This document shows, in pieces, positions 26,509 to 35,873 of a stretch of DNA of 64,000 nucleotides. Source of the stretch: Verrucomicrobiota bacterium (GTDB lineage: Bacteria > Verrucomicrobiota > Verrucomicrobiia > Limisphaerales > AAA164-E04); contig CP170459.1 in assembly GCA_047947115.1 (NCBI GenBank), forward strand, positions 1,504,001 through 1,568,000, given 5' to 3'. How positions within the stretch are numbered: the first letter of the stretch is position 1; each line of letters begins with the position of its first letter. The translations under genes were made by a program, and so were the position numbers. The notes under the pieces were generated by a model. That model was not told the DNA's origin. It did not search any database and was given only the letters and a program-made list of their open reading frames with translations.

Positions 26509-28374
26509 ATGCCATCGATTCAGGAACTAATCCACAAATTTGAGGTGGGGGAAGGGTCCCGCTCCGTCACCAAGTTGGCCATTTTGCTGGCCTTCATAGC
26601 CTTGGTAATTACTTACAATGTGCGGGAATATCGCAATTTCATGGCCGTGGAAGCCATGGAAACCGCGCAGTTGGCCCGTAATATTGCCGAGGGGAAGGGA
26701 TTCGCAACTCAGAGCATTCGTCCGCTGAGCCTCGCCATGGTGGGGGCTCAGAGTGGGCAAGAGAGTGAAGATCCTATGATGCTGAAGGGAGGACATCCGG
26801 ATCTCGTTACACCTCCTTTATATCCCGTGGTCTTAAGTTTGTGGATGAAAGTACTGCCATTTGATTTTGATATTCCCTCCATGCGGTCGGAGAATTTTCG
26901 CCGCTACCAACCGGAAGTGCTGATCAGCTTCCTGAACCAAGCCATATTTATAGCCAGCGGTTTTCTGGTTTTCCTGATCTCAAGACGACTTTTCGATGCC
27001 AGTGTTGCCTGGATGAGTACGGCCGTCTTTTTTGGGTCCGATGTGTTGTGGAGGTTTAGTGTTTCCGGATTGTCCACCATGTTGTCCTTACTCCTTTTTC
27101 TGATATTGGTGGCTTGTCTTGTTGCGATGGAACGTGCCACCCGCGCCGAAATGGAGGAAGATTCATCTCACCCGGACGATGCGCAGGATGAGGAAGAAGG
27201 CGTAAACCATCCCAAACCCAGATCGTTGGGTTGGTTCATTGGGTTGGCCGTGGTGAGTGGATTGGTGCTGGGCCTGGGCGCTCTGACCCGTTACTCGTTT
27301 TTGTGGCTTTTGGTTCCCTCGCTGTTGTACACCGGATTGTTCCTCAAAACAAAAAGGATGCCCGTTTCACTCATCATGCTGGTTGTGAGCCTGATTGTAG
27401 TCGGGCCTTGGTTGATGAGGAATTATCAGATTGGAGGCACATTATTCGGATTGCATTCTTACGATATCGTCATGGATACCGAGGACTTTCCTGGCGATCG
27501 TCTGGAGCGAGCTCTGAATGCTGATATATCCACGCCCGACTTTAGTGCATTCTTCAGGAAATTTTTGGTGAATGCGCCCCATATTGTGACGGAGCAACTT
27601 CCGACGCTGGGAGGGAGTTGGATGGTTATGTTTTTCTTTGTGGGGTTGATGATACCCTTCAGCAATCCGGGCCTGCGAAGATTGAGGCTGTTCGGAGTGG
27701 TGAGTATGTTGGTTTTGATTGCTGTGCAAGCACTTGGACGTACGCATTTAAGTGATATGAGCCCCTTGATCAACGGGCAGAATCATCTTGTCCTGCTTGC
27801 GCCGCTCGTGTTCATGTTTGGCGTGGCTTTGTTTTTTACTCTTTTGGACCAGTTGCCACTGACCTTTGAAGGGGCGCGAAACGTGGTTGTGGTAGGTGTA
27901 TTTCTTGTTGTGTGTTCTCCGCTTGTGTTCCGATTGTTGCCGCCAAGGACCACTCCTATCGTCTATCCGCCCTATAGTCCGCCGTTGATTCAGGATATCA
28001 GCTTTTGGAATCAACCCGATGAACTAATGATGAGCGATATGCCGTGGGCTGTAGCCTGGTATGGAGACCGGAAGTGCCTGTGGCTGACCCGCAATGTGCA
28101 GCCCGATTTCTATACGATCAACGATGAGCATGAGGTCATACGATCCATTTACCTCACACCACTTACTACGGACAGAAAACTGATGTCAGAGGTGTTGAAG
28201 GGGGCGGATCATACTTGGGCAAGATTTTATATGGATGTTCAAGTGCGGCAAAATCTTCCTGCAGGATTTCCCTTGAAATTTGGATTTCCAGATGTTATGC
28301 CAGATCAGTTGTATGTATCAGATCGGCAGCGATGGTTGCCGGTTTTTCAAGAGGTAACTGAAGAACAAGAATAA
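26509..28374 (+). CDS. GT-C-type (ArnT/PMT-like) integral membrane glycosyltransferase-like protein
   Basis: QLARNIAEGKGF, PPLYP, ALTRY, PWLMRNY, MSDMPWAVAWY; many TM segments. Confidence 0.65.
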   Translation: MPSIQELIHKFEVGEGSRSVTKLAILLAFIALVITYNVREYRNFMAVEAMETAQLARNIAEGKGFATQSIRPLSLAMVGAQSGQESEDPMMLKGGHPDLVTPPLYPVVLSLWMKVLPFDFDIPSMRSENFRRYQPEVLISFLNQAIFIASGFLVFLISRRLFDASVAWMSTAVFFGSDVLWRFSVSGLSTMLSLLLFLILVACLVAMERATRAEMEEDSSHPDDAQDEEEGVNHPKPRSLGWFIGLAVVSGLVLGLGALTRYSFLWLLVPSLLYTGLFLKTKRMPVSLIMLVVSLIVVGPWLMRNYQIGGTLFGLHSYDIVMDTEDFPGDRLERALNADISTPDFSAFFRKFLVNAPHIVTEQLPTLGGSWMVMFFFVGLMIPFSNPGLRRLRLFGVVSMLVLIAVQALGRTHLSDMSPLINGQNHLVLLAPLVFMFGVALFFTLLDQLPLTFEGARNVVVVGVFLVVCSPLVFRLLPPRTTPIVYPPYSPPLIQDISFWNQPDELMMSDMPWAVAWYGDRKCLWLTRNVQPDFYTINDEHEVIRSIYLTPLTTDRKLMSEVLKGADHTWARFYMDVQVRQNLPAGFPLKFGFPDVMPDQLYVSDRQRWLPVFQEVTEEQE

Positions 28375-28534
28375 GGTGGTAGGAATGGAAGTTATTCTTA
28401 AGGTTCCGAGCACCCACAAATTTTCAATGATTCAGCATGATTTGTGTTTGACAATCAAGAGTGATGGACCTATTGATTTTGACTGTATCACGACTCAAGC
28501 TGGGCACTAAGCAGCAAATAGCGAAAAACAAGGT

Positions 28535-29782
28535 ATGAAAAAGATTGTAACAACCGCCGGATTGGCAGCCGTTGGGGTAATGAGCATGCAGGCCGCTTCC
28601 GACGCAGGATTGACACCTACTCAAACCGCCAAGCCGTGGAGCATTCAAGCAAACCTGCGAGGTTTCTACGACGACAACATCACCACTGCTCCCAATGCCA
28701 TTGCGCAAGACAGTGTTGGTATTGAGTTCAGCCCGGCTATCAGCCTGAATTTGGTAAAAGAGCAAACCTACATTGGCCTTGGTTATGAATACAAGCTGAG
28801 ATGGTTTGAAGACCGCGATCCAGATAATTCCGATCACTCACACCGCTTTAATTTGGATCTTTCCCACGACGTCAATGAGAAGTTGAATATTGATGTTGGT
28901 GAGGAATTCCTGATTGCTCAAGAACCTGAAGTGTTGGAGCCAACGGGTGCTACCCGATTACGTTCCAACATGGATGCCATTCACAATCGTGCGCACATCA
29001 ACTTCACGACACAGTTGAGCCGCACCTACAGCTTGATGGCTGGGTATCAAAACGATGTTTATAACTACGACCAGAGTGGTCCTGCCAGCTTTTCGGCTCT
29101 CTTGGATCGTTTGGAACATCGTATCACCGCAAATCTGCGATCTCAGATCAAGCCGGAAACTAGTGCCATCCTTGGATACCAGTACCGCATCGTTGATTAT
29201 ACCAGTGATGACAGTTTGGGTTTTGGGCCTTTCATCGATCCTGATGTTCGCAATAGCGATTCGCATTATGTTTACATCGGTGCTGACCATAATTTCTCCC
29301 CACAGTTGGTTGGTTCGATTCGTGCAGGTGCCCAGTTTACCAGCTACGATAATGCTTTGGCTGGTTCTGACGATTCCCAGGCAAGCCCATACGTCGATGC
29401 CAACCTTTCTTACTCCTACACTCAAGGAAGCAGCATCGCTCTCGGAGTGCGTCACGAACGTAATCAGACTGACTTGGCTCAAGTGGGTGGAGCGTTGGTG
29501 CTCGATCAGGAAACTACCTCTGTATACGCATCCGTCAGCCATCAGTTGACAGCTAAACTGACTGCCAACCTGATTGGTATGTATGCCAACAGTTCATTTG
29601 GAGACAGTTTGGCAGGTAGTCCGACCGATCAATTTTTCAGTTTGGGAGCCAATCTCAACTACCAGATCAACCAGTATCTGGCAGCTGAAACAGGCTACAA
29701 CTTTGACGACTTGAGTTCCGATCTGGGCAACCGTAGCTACGATCGTAACCGAGTTTACATTGGCTTGAAAGCCAACTATTAA
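28535..29782 (+). CDS. Outer-membrane beta-barrel protein associated with polysaccharide export
   Basis: Signal peptide, FYDDNI start, amphipathic strands, C-terminal YDRNRVYIGLKANY; directly upstream of wzc/wza-like genes. Confidence 0.75.
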   Translation: MKKIVTTAGLAAVGVMSMQAASDAGLTPTQTAKPWSIQANLRGFYDDNITTAPNAIAQDSVGIEFSPAISLNLVKEQTYIGLGYEYKLRWFEDRDPDNSDHSHRFNLDLSHDVNEKLNIDVGEEFLIAQEPEVLEPTGATRLRSNMDAIHNRAHINFTTQLSRTYSLMAGYQNDVYNYDQSGPASFSALLDRLEHRITANLRSQIKPETSAILGYQYRIVDYTSDDSLGFGPFIDPDVRNSDSHYVYIGADHNFSPQLVGSIRAGAQFTSYDNALAGSDDSQASPYVDANLSYSYTQGSSIALGVRHERNQTDLAQVGGALVLDQETTSVYASVSHQLTAKLTANLIGMYANSSFGDSLAGSPTDQFFSLGANLNYQINQYLAAETGYNFDDLSSDLGNRSYDRNRVYIGLKANY

Positions 29783-29807
29783 TCGTCAAACCTTTACATG
29801 CTTATTG

Positions 29808-29846
29808 GGGAGGCTGGAACTTTTTCATTCTAGCCTCCCTTTTTTT
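29808..29846 (+). terminator. Intrinsic terminator/attenuator inside the EPS-export cluster
   Basis: GGGAGGCTGGAA...TTCTAGCCTCCC followed by T7. Confidence 0.75.
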
Positions 29847-29858
29847 CTCTCGTGAATC

Positions 29859-32048
29859 ATGCAAGTTAAACCCAACCAGACACAGCAGCAATCCGATTCG
29901 AAGCTCCATTTTTTGGATTATTGGCGCATTATTCGTATTAGAAAGACCGTCATTCTTGCGGTATTTCTTTTGGTGGTCCTGACCACGACGATCATTACCT
30001 TCTTGCTTAAGCCGACCTACGCCAGTTCGGTGAGAATAGCTATTGAGAAAGATTCCTCGGATATCACACCTCTCATGGGGTATCAGGCTTCACAACAACA
30101 TGATCCTTACTGGGTGTTGACTGAGTATGAAAAGATTCAGTCTAAAAAGGTGTTGCATCCGGTTATCCATTCTTTGGGGCTCAATCGTAAGTGGATGGAG
30201 CGATTCAATTTGGATGCGCCCTTGACCACGAATGAAACTTTTCAGGTGCTCAAAAAATCCATTGATGTCGATCAGTATCGAAACACCAGTCTGATTGAAA
30301 TCAAGGCATACAGCCAGGATAAGGAAGAAGCAGCTCAAATTGCTCAGGAAATAGCCGAGCAGTACAAGAAAGTACGTGAGCAGAATTTGCAAACCATGGC
30401 TACTGCCGGTATTCACGTTCTGGAAGATGAGTTGAAAATTCAAAAAACACTGGTTGAAGAAAAACAGAAGGAACTGGATAAAATCCGCGCTGAACTCAAC
30501 ATTTCCGACATCTATAGTGCCGAAGGTAGTCCCATTGGAATGACCACCGAGCCTCAGGTTGTAATGCGTCTTGAGCAGGAGCGTACTGTCGCCGAAGCAA
30601 AGCATATTCGTTACAAAACTCTGTTTGATGAGTTGAAGATATTGACGCGCGAAGAACTGCAGAACACGATTTTGACGGCCATGCCGGGCAATCTTCGTCT
30701 GACACACTTGTTGAATGAATATGATACAGCATTACAAACCGAGGCACGGTTAAAGGAGCTTCACGGACCTGAACACCCGCAAATGAAATCGATCAGATCA
30801 TTGCTGGTGGTCTTGAATCAGCAGCTTACTGAGGAAATGACCGGTGTGTTGCGTGGTCTCCAGAGTCAGGTGAATGCCGCAAAAAATGAGTTGAATCAAA
30901 TCAAGGAGGCAGTCGAAAACGCCAAGCAAACAGACGCCTTGGAAACCGCTAAGTATCGCCCTTATTTCACAGCAAAACGTGAGTTGGAAGGTTTGTCAAA
31001 AATCAGTGACATGATTCAAATCCGTATTCTGCAGGAAACGGTGGATGCTCAACTTCCCAAAGATTCCATTGTTGAAATTTACGATCATGCCGAACCCAAT
31101 GATGAGCCGGTTCGACCTAAGATTTTCCTTAATATTGCTTTAGGGGTTGTTGTTGGGCTGATTGTTGGCGTTGGTCTGGCATTCTTCATTGAATACCTCG
31201 ATACCAGTGTCAAGACAATCGATGATGTGGAGCAGGCATTGCAAGCCCCTGTGTTGGGTGTCATTCCCCAGAATGTTCAGTCGTTGCTGCTAGAAGGACC
31301 GGACAGTCCGCATGCTGAGGCTTATCGAGTATTGAGAACAAACATTCTCTTTTCTCGGAAAGATCAAAATGCAAATACACTGACTGTTGTCAGTGGCGGT
31401 GCAGGTGAGGGAAAATCGACAACCATTTTCAATTTGGCTGCAATTTTTGCTCAGCATGATTCCCGTGTTTTGATTGTAGATTCGGATTTGAGACGCCCAA
31501 GTCTGCATAAGCATGTGGGTGTTTCCAATGCGGTTGGATTGACTGATTTTCTTTTGGGGCAAAAACAATTGGAGGAAGTTGTTCAAACAACCAAGCAGGA
31601 GGGGCTTGATTTTCTTCCTAGTGGGAAATTGCCTAGCAGTTCCATGGGTATTTTGAATTCTGCCCAGATGAAGGAGTTTATCACGGATGCCCGCAAGCGA
31701 TATGATTTTGTGTTCTTCGATTCACCTCCCATTATGGGTGTGAGCGATGCATCCGTGCTCGCAAGTGAAGTTGATATGGCCATCCTCGTGATTCAATATC
31801 GCAAGTATCCCCAGGCGATGACGATTCGTGCCAAACAGATGGTCGAAAAGGTTGGTGGTAATCTCTTGGGTGTCGTGTTGAATAATATCAATATTTCTCA
31901 GGATTCTTACTACTATTACTACAGCGGATACTACTACGATTACTACTCCAAGCAGGACGATGCCGAAGCTAAGTCCAAAAAGAAGAGTGATGGTAAATCC
32001 GGAAAAACCTCCGCGAGGGGTGATTTGGAGTTGAAAAATAAGTTTTAA
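29859..32048 (+). CDS. Polysaccharide co-polymerase / tyrosine autokinase (Wzc-like)
   Basis: Two TMs around a coiled coil, PVRP motif, AEAYRVLRTN, GEGKST, DSDLRRP, DSPP, C-terminal Tyr cluster. Confidence 0.92.
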   Translation: MQVKPNQTQQQSDSKLHFLDYWRIIRIRKTVILAVFLLVVLTTTIITFLLKPTYASSVRIAIEKDSSDITPLMGYQASQQHDPYWVLTEYEKIQSKKVLHPVIHSLGLNRKWMERFNLDAPLTTNETFQVLKKSIDVDQYRNTSLIEIKAYSQDKEEAAQIAQEIAEQYKKVREQNLQTMATAGIHVLEDELKIQKTLVEEKQKELDKIRAELNISDIYSAEGSPIGMTTEPQVVMRLEQERTVAEAKHIRYKTLFDELKILTREELQNTILTAMPGNLRLTHLLNEYDTALQTEARLKELHGPEHPQMKSIRSLLVVLNQQLTEEMTGVLRGLQSQVNAAKNELNQIKEAVENAKQTDALETAKYRPYFTAKRELEGLSKISDMIQIRILQETVDAQLPKDSIVEIYDHAEPNDEPVRPKIFLNIALGVVVGLIVGVGLAFFIEYLDTSVKTIDDVEQALQAPVLGVIPQNVQSLLLEGPDSPHAEAYRVLRTNILFSRKDQNANTLTVVSGGAGEGKSTTIFNLAAIFAQHDSRVLIVDSDLRRPSLHKHVGVSNAVGLTDFLLGQKQLEEVVQTTKQEGLDFLPSGKLPSSSMGILNSAQMKEFITDARKRYDFVFFDSPPIMGVSDASVLASEVDMAILVIQYRKYPQAMTIRAKQMVEKVGGNLLGVVLNNINISQDSYYYYYSGYYYDYYSKQDDAEAKSKKKSDGKSGKTSARGDLELKNKF

Positions 32049-32064
32049 CCAATTTTTTAGAGTC

Positions 32065-32700
32065 ATGGTGTTTGTTTCAAAATTAAAGCAGTTGGCAACC
32101 GGCCTCAGAAGTGGGTTTTGGGTGCTCGGGTTGGTCGGGTTGTTAAGTGGTATGACAGGTTGCGAAACAGGTCGTCCCTACGTAGCTCCAAATGGTGGCA
32201 ATGTGGATGGCCCCGCTCCAGGATTGGAGCTGTCTGTCGGTGAGAAGGTTTCGATTCGTTTCGCTGGTCTGCCAACACCTCCGCCACCTCATGAGGAGCG
32301 AATTCGTGAAGATGGTACCATACATCCTCCTTACCTCAATACCCCCATCCGGGCCGAAGGTTTAACTCCACCTCAGTTGCAGGAGAAGTTGTTGGAAGCC
32401 TACGTGCCCAACATTTTCACCACCATTTCAATCACGGTCATCACTGAAGACCGACTCTTTACGATCAATGGGGAAGTGGTTCGTTCTGGTCGTTACCCTT
32501 ATGTAGGGGAAACAACCGCTGTTGAGGCCATTTCTCAGGCGGGTGGCTTGACTGTGTTCGCGCGCAAGCAAAAAATCTCCATCATTCGAGGAAATGGTAC
32601 ACAGATTGAATTCAACTATGAAAAGGCTCGGAAAGATTCGAGATATGATCCGATCGTCATCCCGGGTGATATCATAGATGTTCCTCGTCGTCTTTTCTAA
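32065..32700 (+). CDS. Short polysaccharide export (OPX/Wza-like) lipoprotein, Poly_export + one SLBB domain
   Basis: Lipobox-like MTGC, IREDGTIHPPY, GLT..QL, INGEV..SGRY, AISQAGG, PGDIIDVP. Confidence 0.85.
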   Translation: MVFVSKLKQLATGLRSGFWVLGLVGLLSGMTGCETGRPYVAPNGGNVDGPAPGLELSVGEKVSIRFAGLPTPPPPHEERIREDGTIHPPYLNTPIRAEGLTPPQLQEKLLEAYVPNIFTTISITVITEDRLFTINGEVVRSGRYPYVGETTAVEAISQAGGLTVFARKQKISIIRGNGTQIEFNYEKARKDSRYDPIVIPGDIIDVPRRLF

Positions 32701-32705
32701 GCTAC

Positions 32706-33107
32706 ATGTTTCAAATTGTCAGGATTGATTCAGAAAAAACAGAATCTGATGCAACGGTCATTTTAAACAAATGGCCGTTTGCTGTTGGCCGCAATCCTGG
32801 GGCTGATTGGGTGGTGGAAAGTCCCGGCGTGTGGGACTCCCATGGCTCCTTCGAGCTGGATGATTCAGGGCGACCTGTATTCAAGTGTCGTCCGGACGCC
32901 TCCTGCTGGTTGAATGACCAGGTGACGGGTCAAACATCTGGTCTCAAACCGGGCGATGTACTGAAACTGGGATCCATTGCCGTGAGATTTGATCTGCTCC
33001 CCGTAAAACAAAAAAACGCATTCCTGCGAGAAATCCTCCTGTGCAGTTTGATCTTGTTGTTCGTTGCCAGCCAGTTTTACTTTATTTATCAAATCCTTTC
33101 CGAATAG
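32706..33107 (+). CDS. FHA-like domain protein with C-terminal TM helix
   Basis: FAVGR...H...WLND...LKPGDVLKLG plus a hydrophobic C-terminus. Confidence 0.7.
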   Translation: MFQIVRIDSEKTESDATVILNKWPFAVGRNPGADWVVESPGVWDSHGSFELDDSGRPVFKCRPDASCWLNDQVTGQTSGLKPGDVLKLGSIAVRFDLLPVKQKNAFLREILLCSLILLFVASQFYFIYQILSE

Positions 33108-33123
33108 CAAACCTTGTGCGGCT

Positions 33124-33654
33124 TCACTGATTCAGAGGCATTGGGTTTCCACTGGTTTGAGCAGATCCCTCATCGATGCTTACTGGCTGAAGCATGATCA
33201 TTTCGAATTCATGCAAAAGGTCTTTCGCCTCCTGAAGGTGGTGGCGTTTTGCTTTCCGTGTTTCCTCGAGACTGCTCAAGCGATGGGTGATGATGCTGAC
33301 CTGGACGCTTACTACCGTCTCCAATGAATCCTTTTCTTCGGAAATGGTTGGCTCAATCCTGAACCAGGCATTGGGTTCAAGAAAGGATCCATACTTGAAA
33401 TGGTCCCAATTGGAACTCCTTTTGTCGAATCGGAGGGATCCATCCCTGCCGCGTGATACCAAAAATGACTTGGATTCCATAAATTGGGGCAGAAGTCGCT
33501 CCACCGACTTTTTGGGCCATCCGGTGAAATAAACAGTGAATGGATTGGTCACCGGAATTTGTTTGGGAGAGGTTTTACAGGCGCTCATGATGAAGCAGGT
33601 GAAGACTGCTGTTGCGAGCGATAACCAGTGATTGGAATTGAAGATGTTCCTCAT
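33124..33654 (-). CDS. Hypothetical lipoprotein
   Basis: Hydrophobic stretch ending IMSAC; start at 33654 chosen because the upstream ORF extension lies in an AT-rich non-coding tract. Confidence 0.5.
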   Translation of the reverse strand: MRNIFNSNHWLSLATAVFTCFIMSACKTSPKQIPVTNPFTVYFTGWPKKSVERLLPQFMESKSFLVSRGRDGSLRFDKRSSNWDHFKYGSFLEPNAWFRIEPTISEEKDSLETVVSVQVSIITHRLSSLEETRKAKRHHLQEAKDLLHEFEMIMLQPVSIDEGSAQTSGNPMPLNQ

Positions 33655-33792
33655 AAGCAAGACTTGGCCTGTGTTCATTGTATTGGTGTTATTCAAAATT
33701 GCATCAAAAAAGTACTGAGAGGTCGCATTTTGATAACTAAATAACATATAAAAATAAATTAATACTTGAATATAAACTACTTTCTTATAATG

Positions 33793-33836
33793 TATCAGGA
33801 ACAATACCTGCCTGATGGCAGGTATTGTTCCTGATA
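33793..33836. promoter_or_regulatory. Perfect 20-bp inverted repeat in a divergent promoter region
   Basis: TATCAGGAACAATACCTGCC-TGAT-GGCAGGTATTGTTCCTGATA. Confidence 0.6.
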
Positions 33837-33919
33837 ATCAAGTGATGAAAGGGTCGCGACTTTGGGAAAGCGCGAATGGATCGCCTTTTGGTTATAAACA
33901 TCAAAAGAAAGGCGAACAT

Positions 33920-34558
33920 ATGTATCAAACTCTGGGAATAGCTGGCTGTATTTTACTGCTGGTTTCAAATCTTAATGCACAAATCGTTTCCTACAGTTTC
34001 ACGGGAGCGGTTGGCAATGAATCAAGTTTCTCGCCAGACAATCAACCGGCAGGAGCTTTTGCGAGTTCATTCACTCGCGGCAGCGGTGTAAATGGTTCCT
34101 CTGCTGCGGATGCTTTCAGTTCAAGTGCATGGAGTAGGGGAGAATTGGCTCTGGATGATTACTTCTCCTTTTCCTTAACTCCGGCTTCAGGGTATCAAGT
34201 TTCCTTGACTGAACTTCAATTGGATGAACGTCGGTCGGGGACGGGGATTCGCGATTGGGTGGCAAGATCGAGTCTGGACGATTTTGCATCAAATATTGGA
34301 ACCGTGGTCTCGGTGCCCGATAGTTTGGCAACACGCACAGATCAAAGCATTTCGCTTGCCAGTGGTACGTTTGACCGGATTGGCGGGCCGGTTGAATTTC
34401 GCATTTACGGATTTAATGCCGAAAGTGCATCGGGTACTTGGCGCGTGGATAATGTGGAATTATTCGGAACATTGACTCCTGTTCCGGAGGTAAAGAGTAT
34501 TTGCTGGGTGGCGGGGGGATTGCTGGGTTTTTCGATCTGGCGCCGCCGTCAATGTTGA
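33920..34558 (+). CDS. PEP-CTERM-type sorted surface protein
   Basis: GAAAGG RBS, signal peptide, Ser/Gly/Thr-rich body, C-terminal PVPEV + hydrophobic segment + WRRR. Confidence 0.8.
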   Translation: MYQTLGIAGCILLLVSNLNAQIVSYSFTGAVGNESSFSPDNQPAGAFASSFTRGSGVNGSSAADAFSSSAWSRGELALDDYFSFSLTPASGYQVSLTELQLDERRSGTGIRDWVARSSLDDFASNIGTVVSVPDSLATRTDQSISLASGTFDRIGGPVEFRIYGFNAESASGTWRVDNVELFGTLTPVPEVKSICWVAGGLLGFSIWRRRQC

Positions 34559-34685
34559 GCACGTCTGCATGAGTTTTGCGTGAAGTCGGCGTAAATTCTT
34601 ATGATCATCCCTCTATTTTGTTGAACCTTCATTGACTTGAACGCCCTTTGTGGCCCAATATCCTGATCCAACAAGAACTTGAAAC

Positions 34686-35804
34686 ATGGCAAGCAAATCA
34701 ACATCCAGATCGAAATCGAGCGCTGCTTCTGCGGCAGGTGCTCCCACAACCGATAAACAGCGCAACCTGGATACGGCGATACAATCCATTACCAAGACAT
34801 TTGGCGAGGGAAGTATCATGCGTTTGGGGAATGCCCCTTCCCATAAAAAGATTGATGTCATTTCCACTGGGGCTCTTTCTGTGGATCTGGCTCTGGGGGT
34901 CGGTGGTCTGCCACGAGGGCGTATCATTGAAATCTATGGTCCTGAATCATCAGGGAAAACCACAGTGATGCTTCATGTTATCGCCAATGCCCAAAAGGCG
35001 GGTGGTACCGCGGCGTTCATTGATGCAGAGCACGCATTGGATCCGGGTTATGCGCGTCGGTTGGGGGTGAATCTCGATGACCTTCTGGTTTCTCAACCGG
35101 ATAGTGGGGAAGAGGCGTTGACCATTTGTGAAACATTGGCCCGGTCAGGTGCTCTGGATGTGATTGTGGTGGATTCCGTGGCTGCGTTGGTTCCCAAAGC
35201 GGAATTGGAGGGGGATATGGGAATGGCCACTATGGGGATGCAGGCTCGTCTGATGAGTCAGGCTCTCCGCAAGCTGACTTCGATCTTGAACAAAGCCAAA
35301 ACAACTTGTCTTTTCACCAACCAGCTTCGTGAAAAGGTAGGGGTCATGTTTGGGAGTCCGGAGACCACCCCGGGTGGCAAAGCGCTCAAGTTTTACGCCA
35401 GTGTTCGCATCGATATCCGGAGAAAGGAAACTTTGAAGGATGCTTCAGGCAATGCCGTGGGCAATCATGTCAAGGTGAAGATCGTCAAGAACAAGGTGGC
35501 TCCTCCATTTGCGGAAGCTGAGTTTGATATTCTCTACAATCAGGGCATCAATCGGGAGAGTAGTATTCTGGATGTGGCATTATCCTACGGTGTGGTTCAA
35601 AAGCGTGGAGCATGGATTCAATACAATGGAGAATTGATCGGGCAGGGGAAGGAATCGGCCCGTACAGCTTTGGCTGAAAAACCTGAACTCACCGAACAGA
35701 TTGTGAGCGATATCATGGCCAAACGGAATCCTGAGGAAGCACCCGCTGAGGATGAGGAAGGCAAAGATCATGAGGAGGAGAAAGTGGATAAAGAAAAATC
35801 ATGA
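34686..35804 (+). CDS. recA: Recombinase A
   Basis: [59 protein letters not shown]. Confidence 0.99.
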   Translation: MASKSTSRSKSSAASAAGAPTTDKQRNLDTAIQSITKTFGEGSIMRLGNAPSHKKIDVISTGALSVDLALGVGGLPRGRIIEIYGPESSGKTTVMLHVIANAQKAGGTAAFIDAEHALDPGYARRLGVNLDDLLVSQPDSGEEALTICETLARSGALDVIVVDSVAALVPKAELEGDMGMATMGMQARLMSQALRKLTSILNKAKTTCLFTNQLREKVGVMFGSPETTPGGKALKFYASVRIDIRRKETLKDASGNAVGNHVKVKIVKNKVAPPFAEAEFDILYNQGINRESSILDVALSYGVVQKRGAWIQYNGELIGQGKESARTALAEKPELTEQIVSDIMAKRNPEEAPAEDEEGKDHEEEKVDKEKS

Positions 35805-35873
35805 TGATCCGATGTGGGGTGTTTTTTGGTTTCGTATAGAACCCAAACTCAAACAAAGTTGTTTTCAAATCAC

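Noticed and set aside
33770..33810. dif-like site (..TTATAA-TGTATC..) or replication origin in the AT-rich tract
   Set aside because: No XerD arm (TTATGTTAAAT-like) at the right spacing and no DnaA-box cluster seen.
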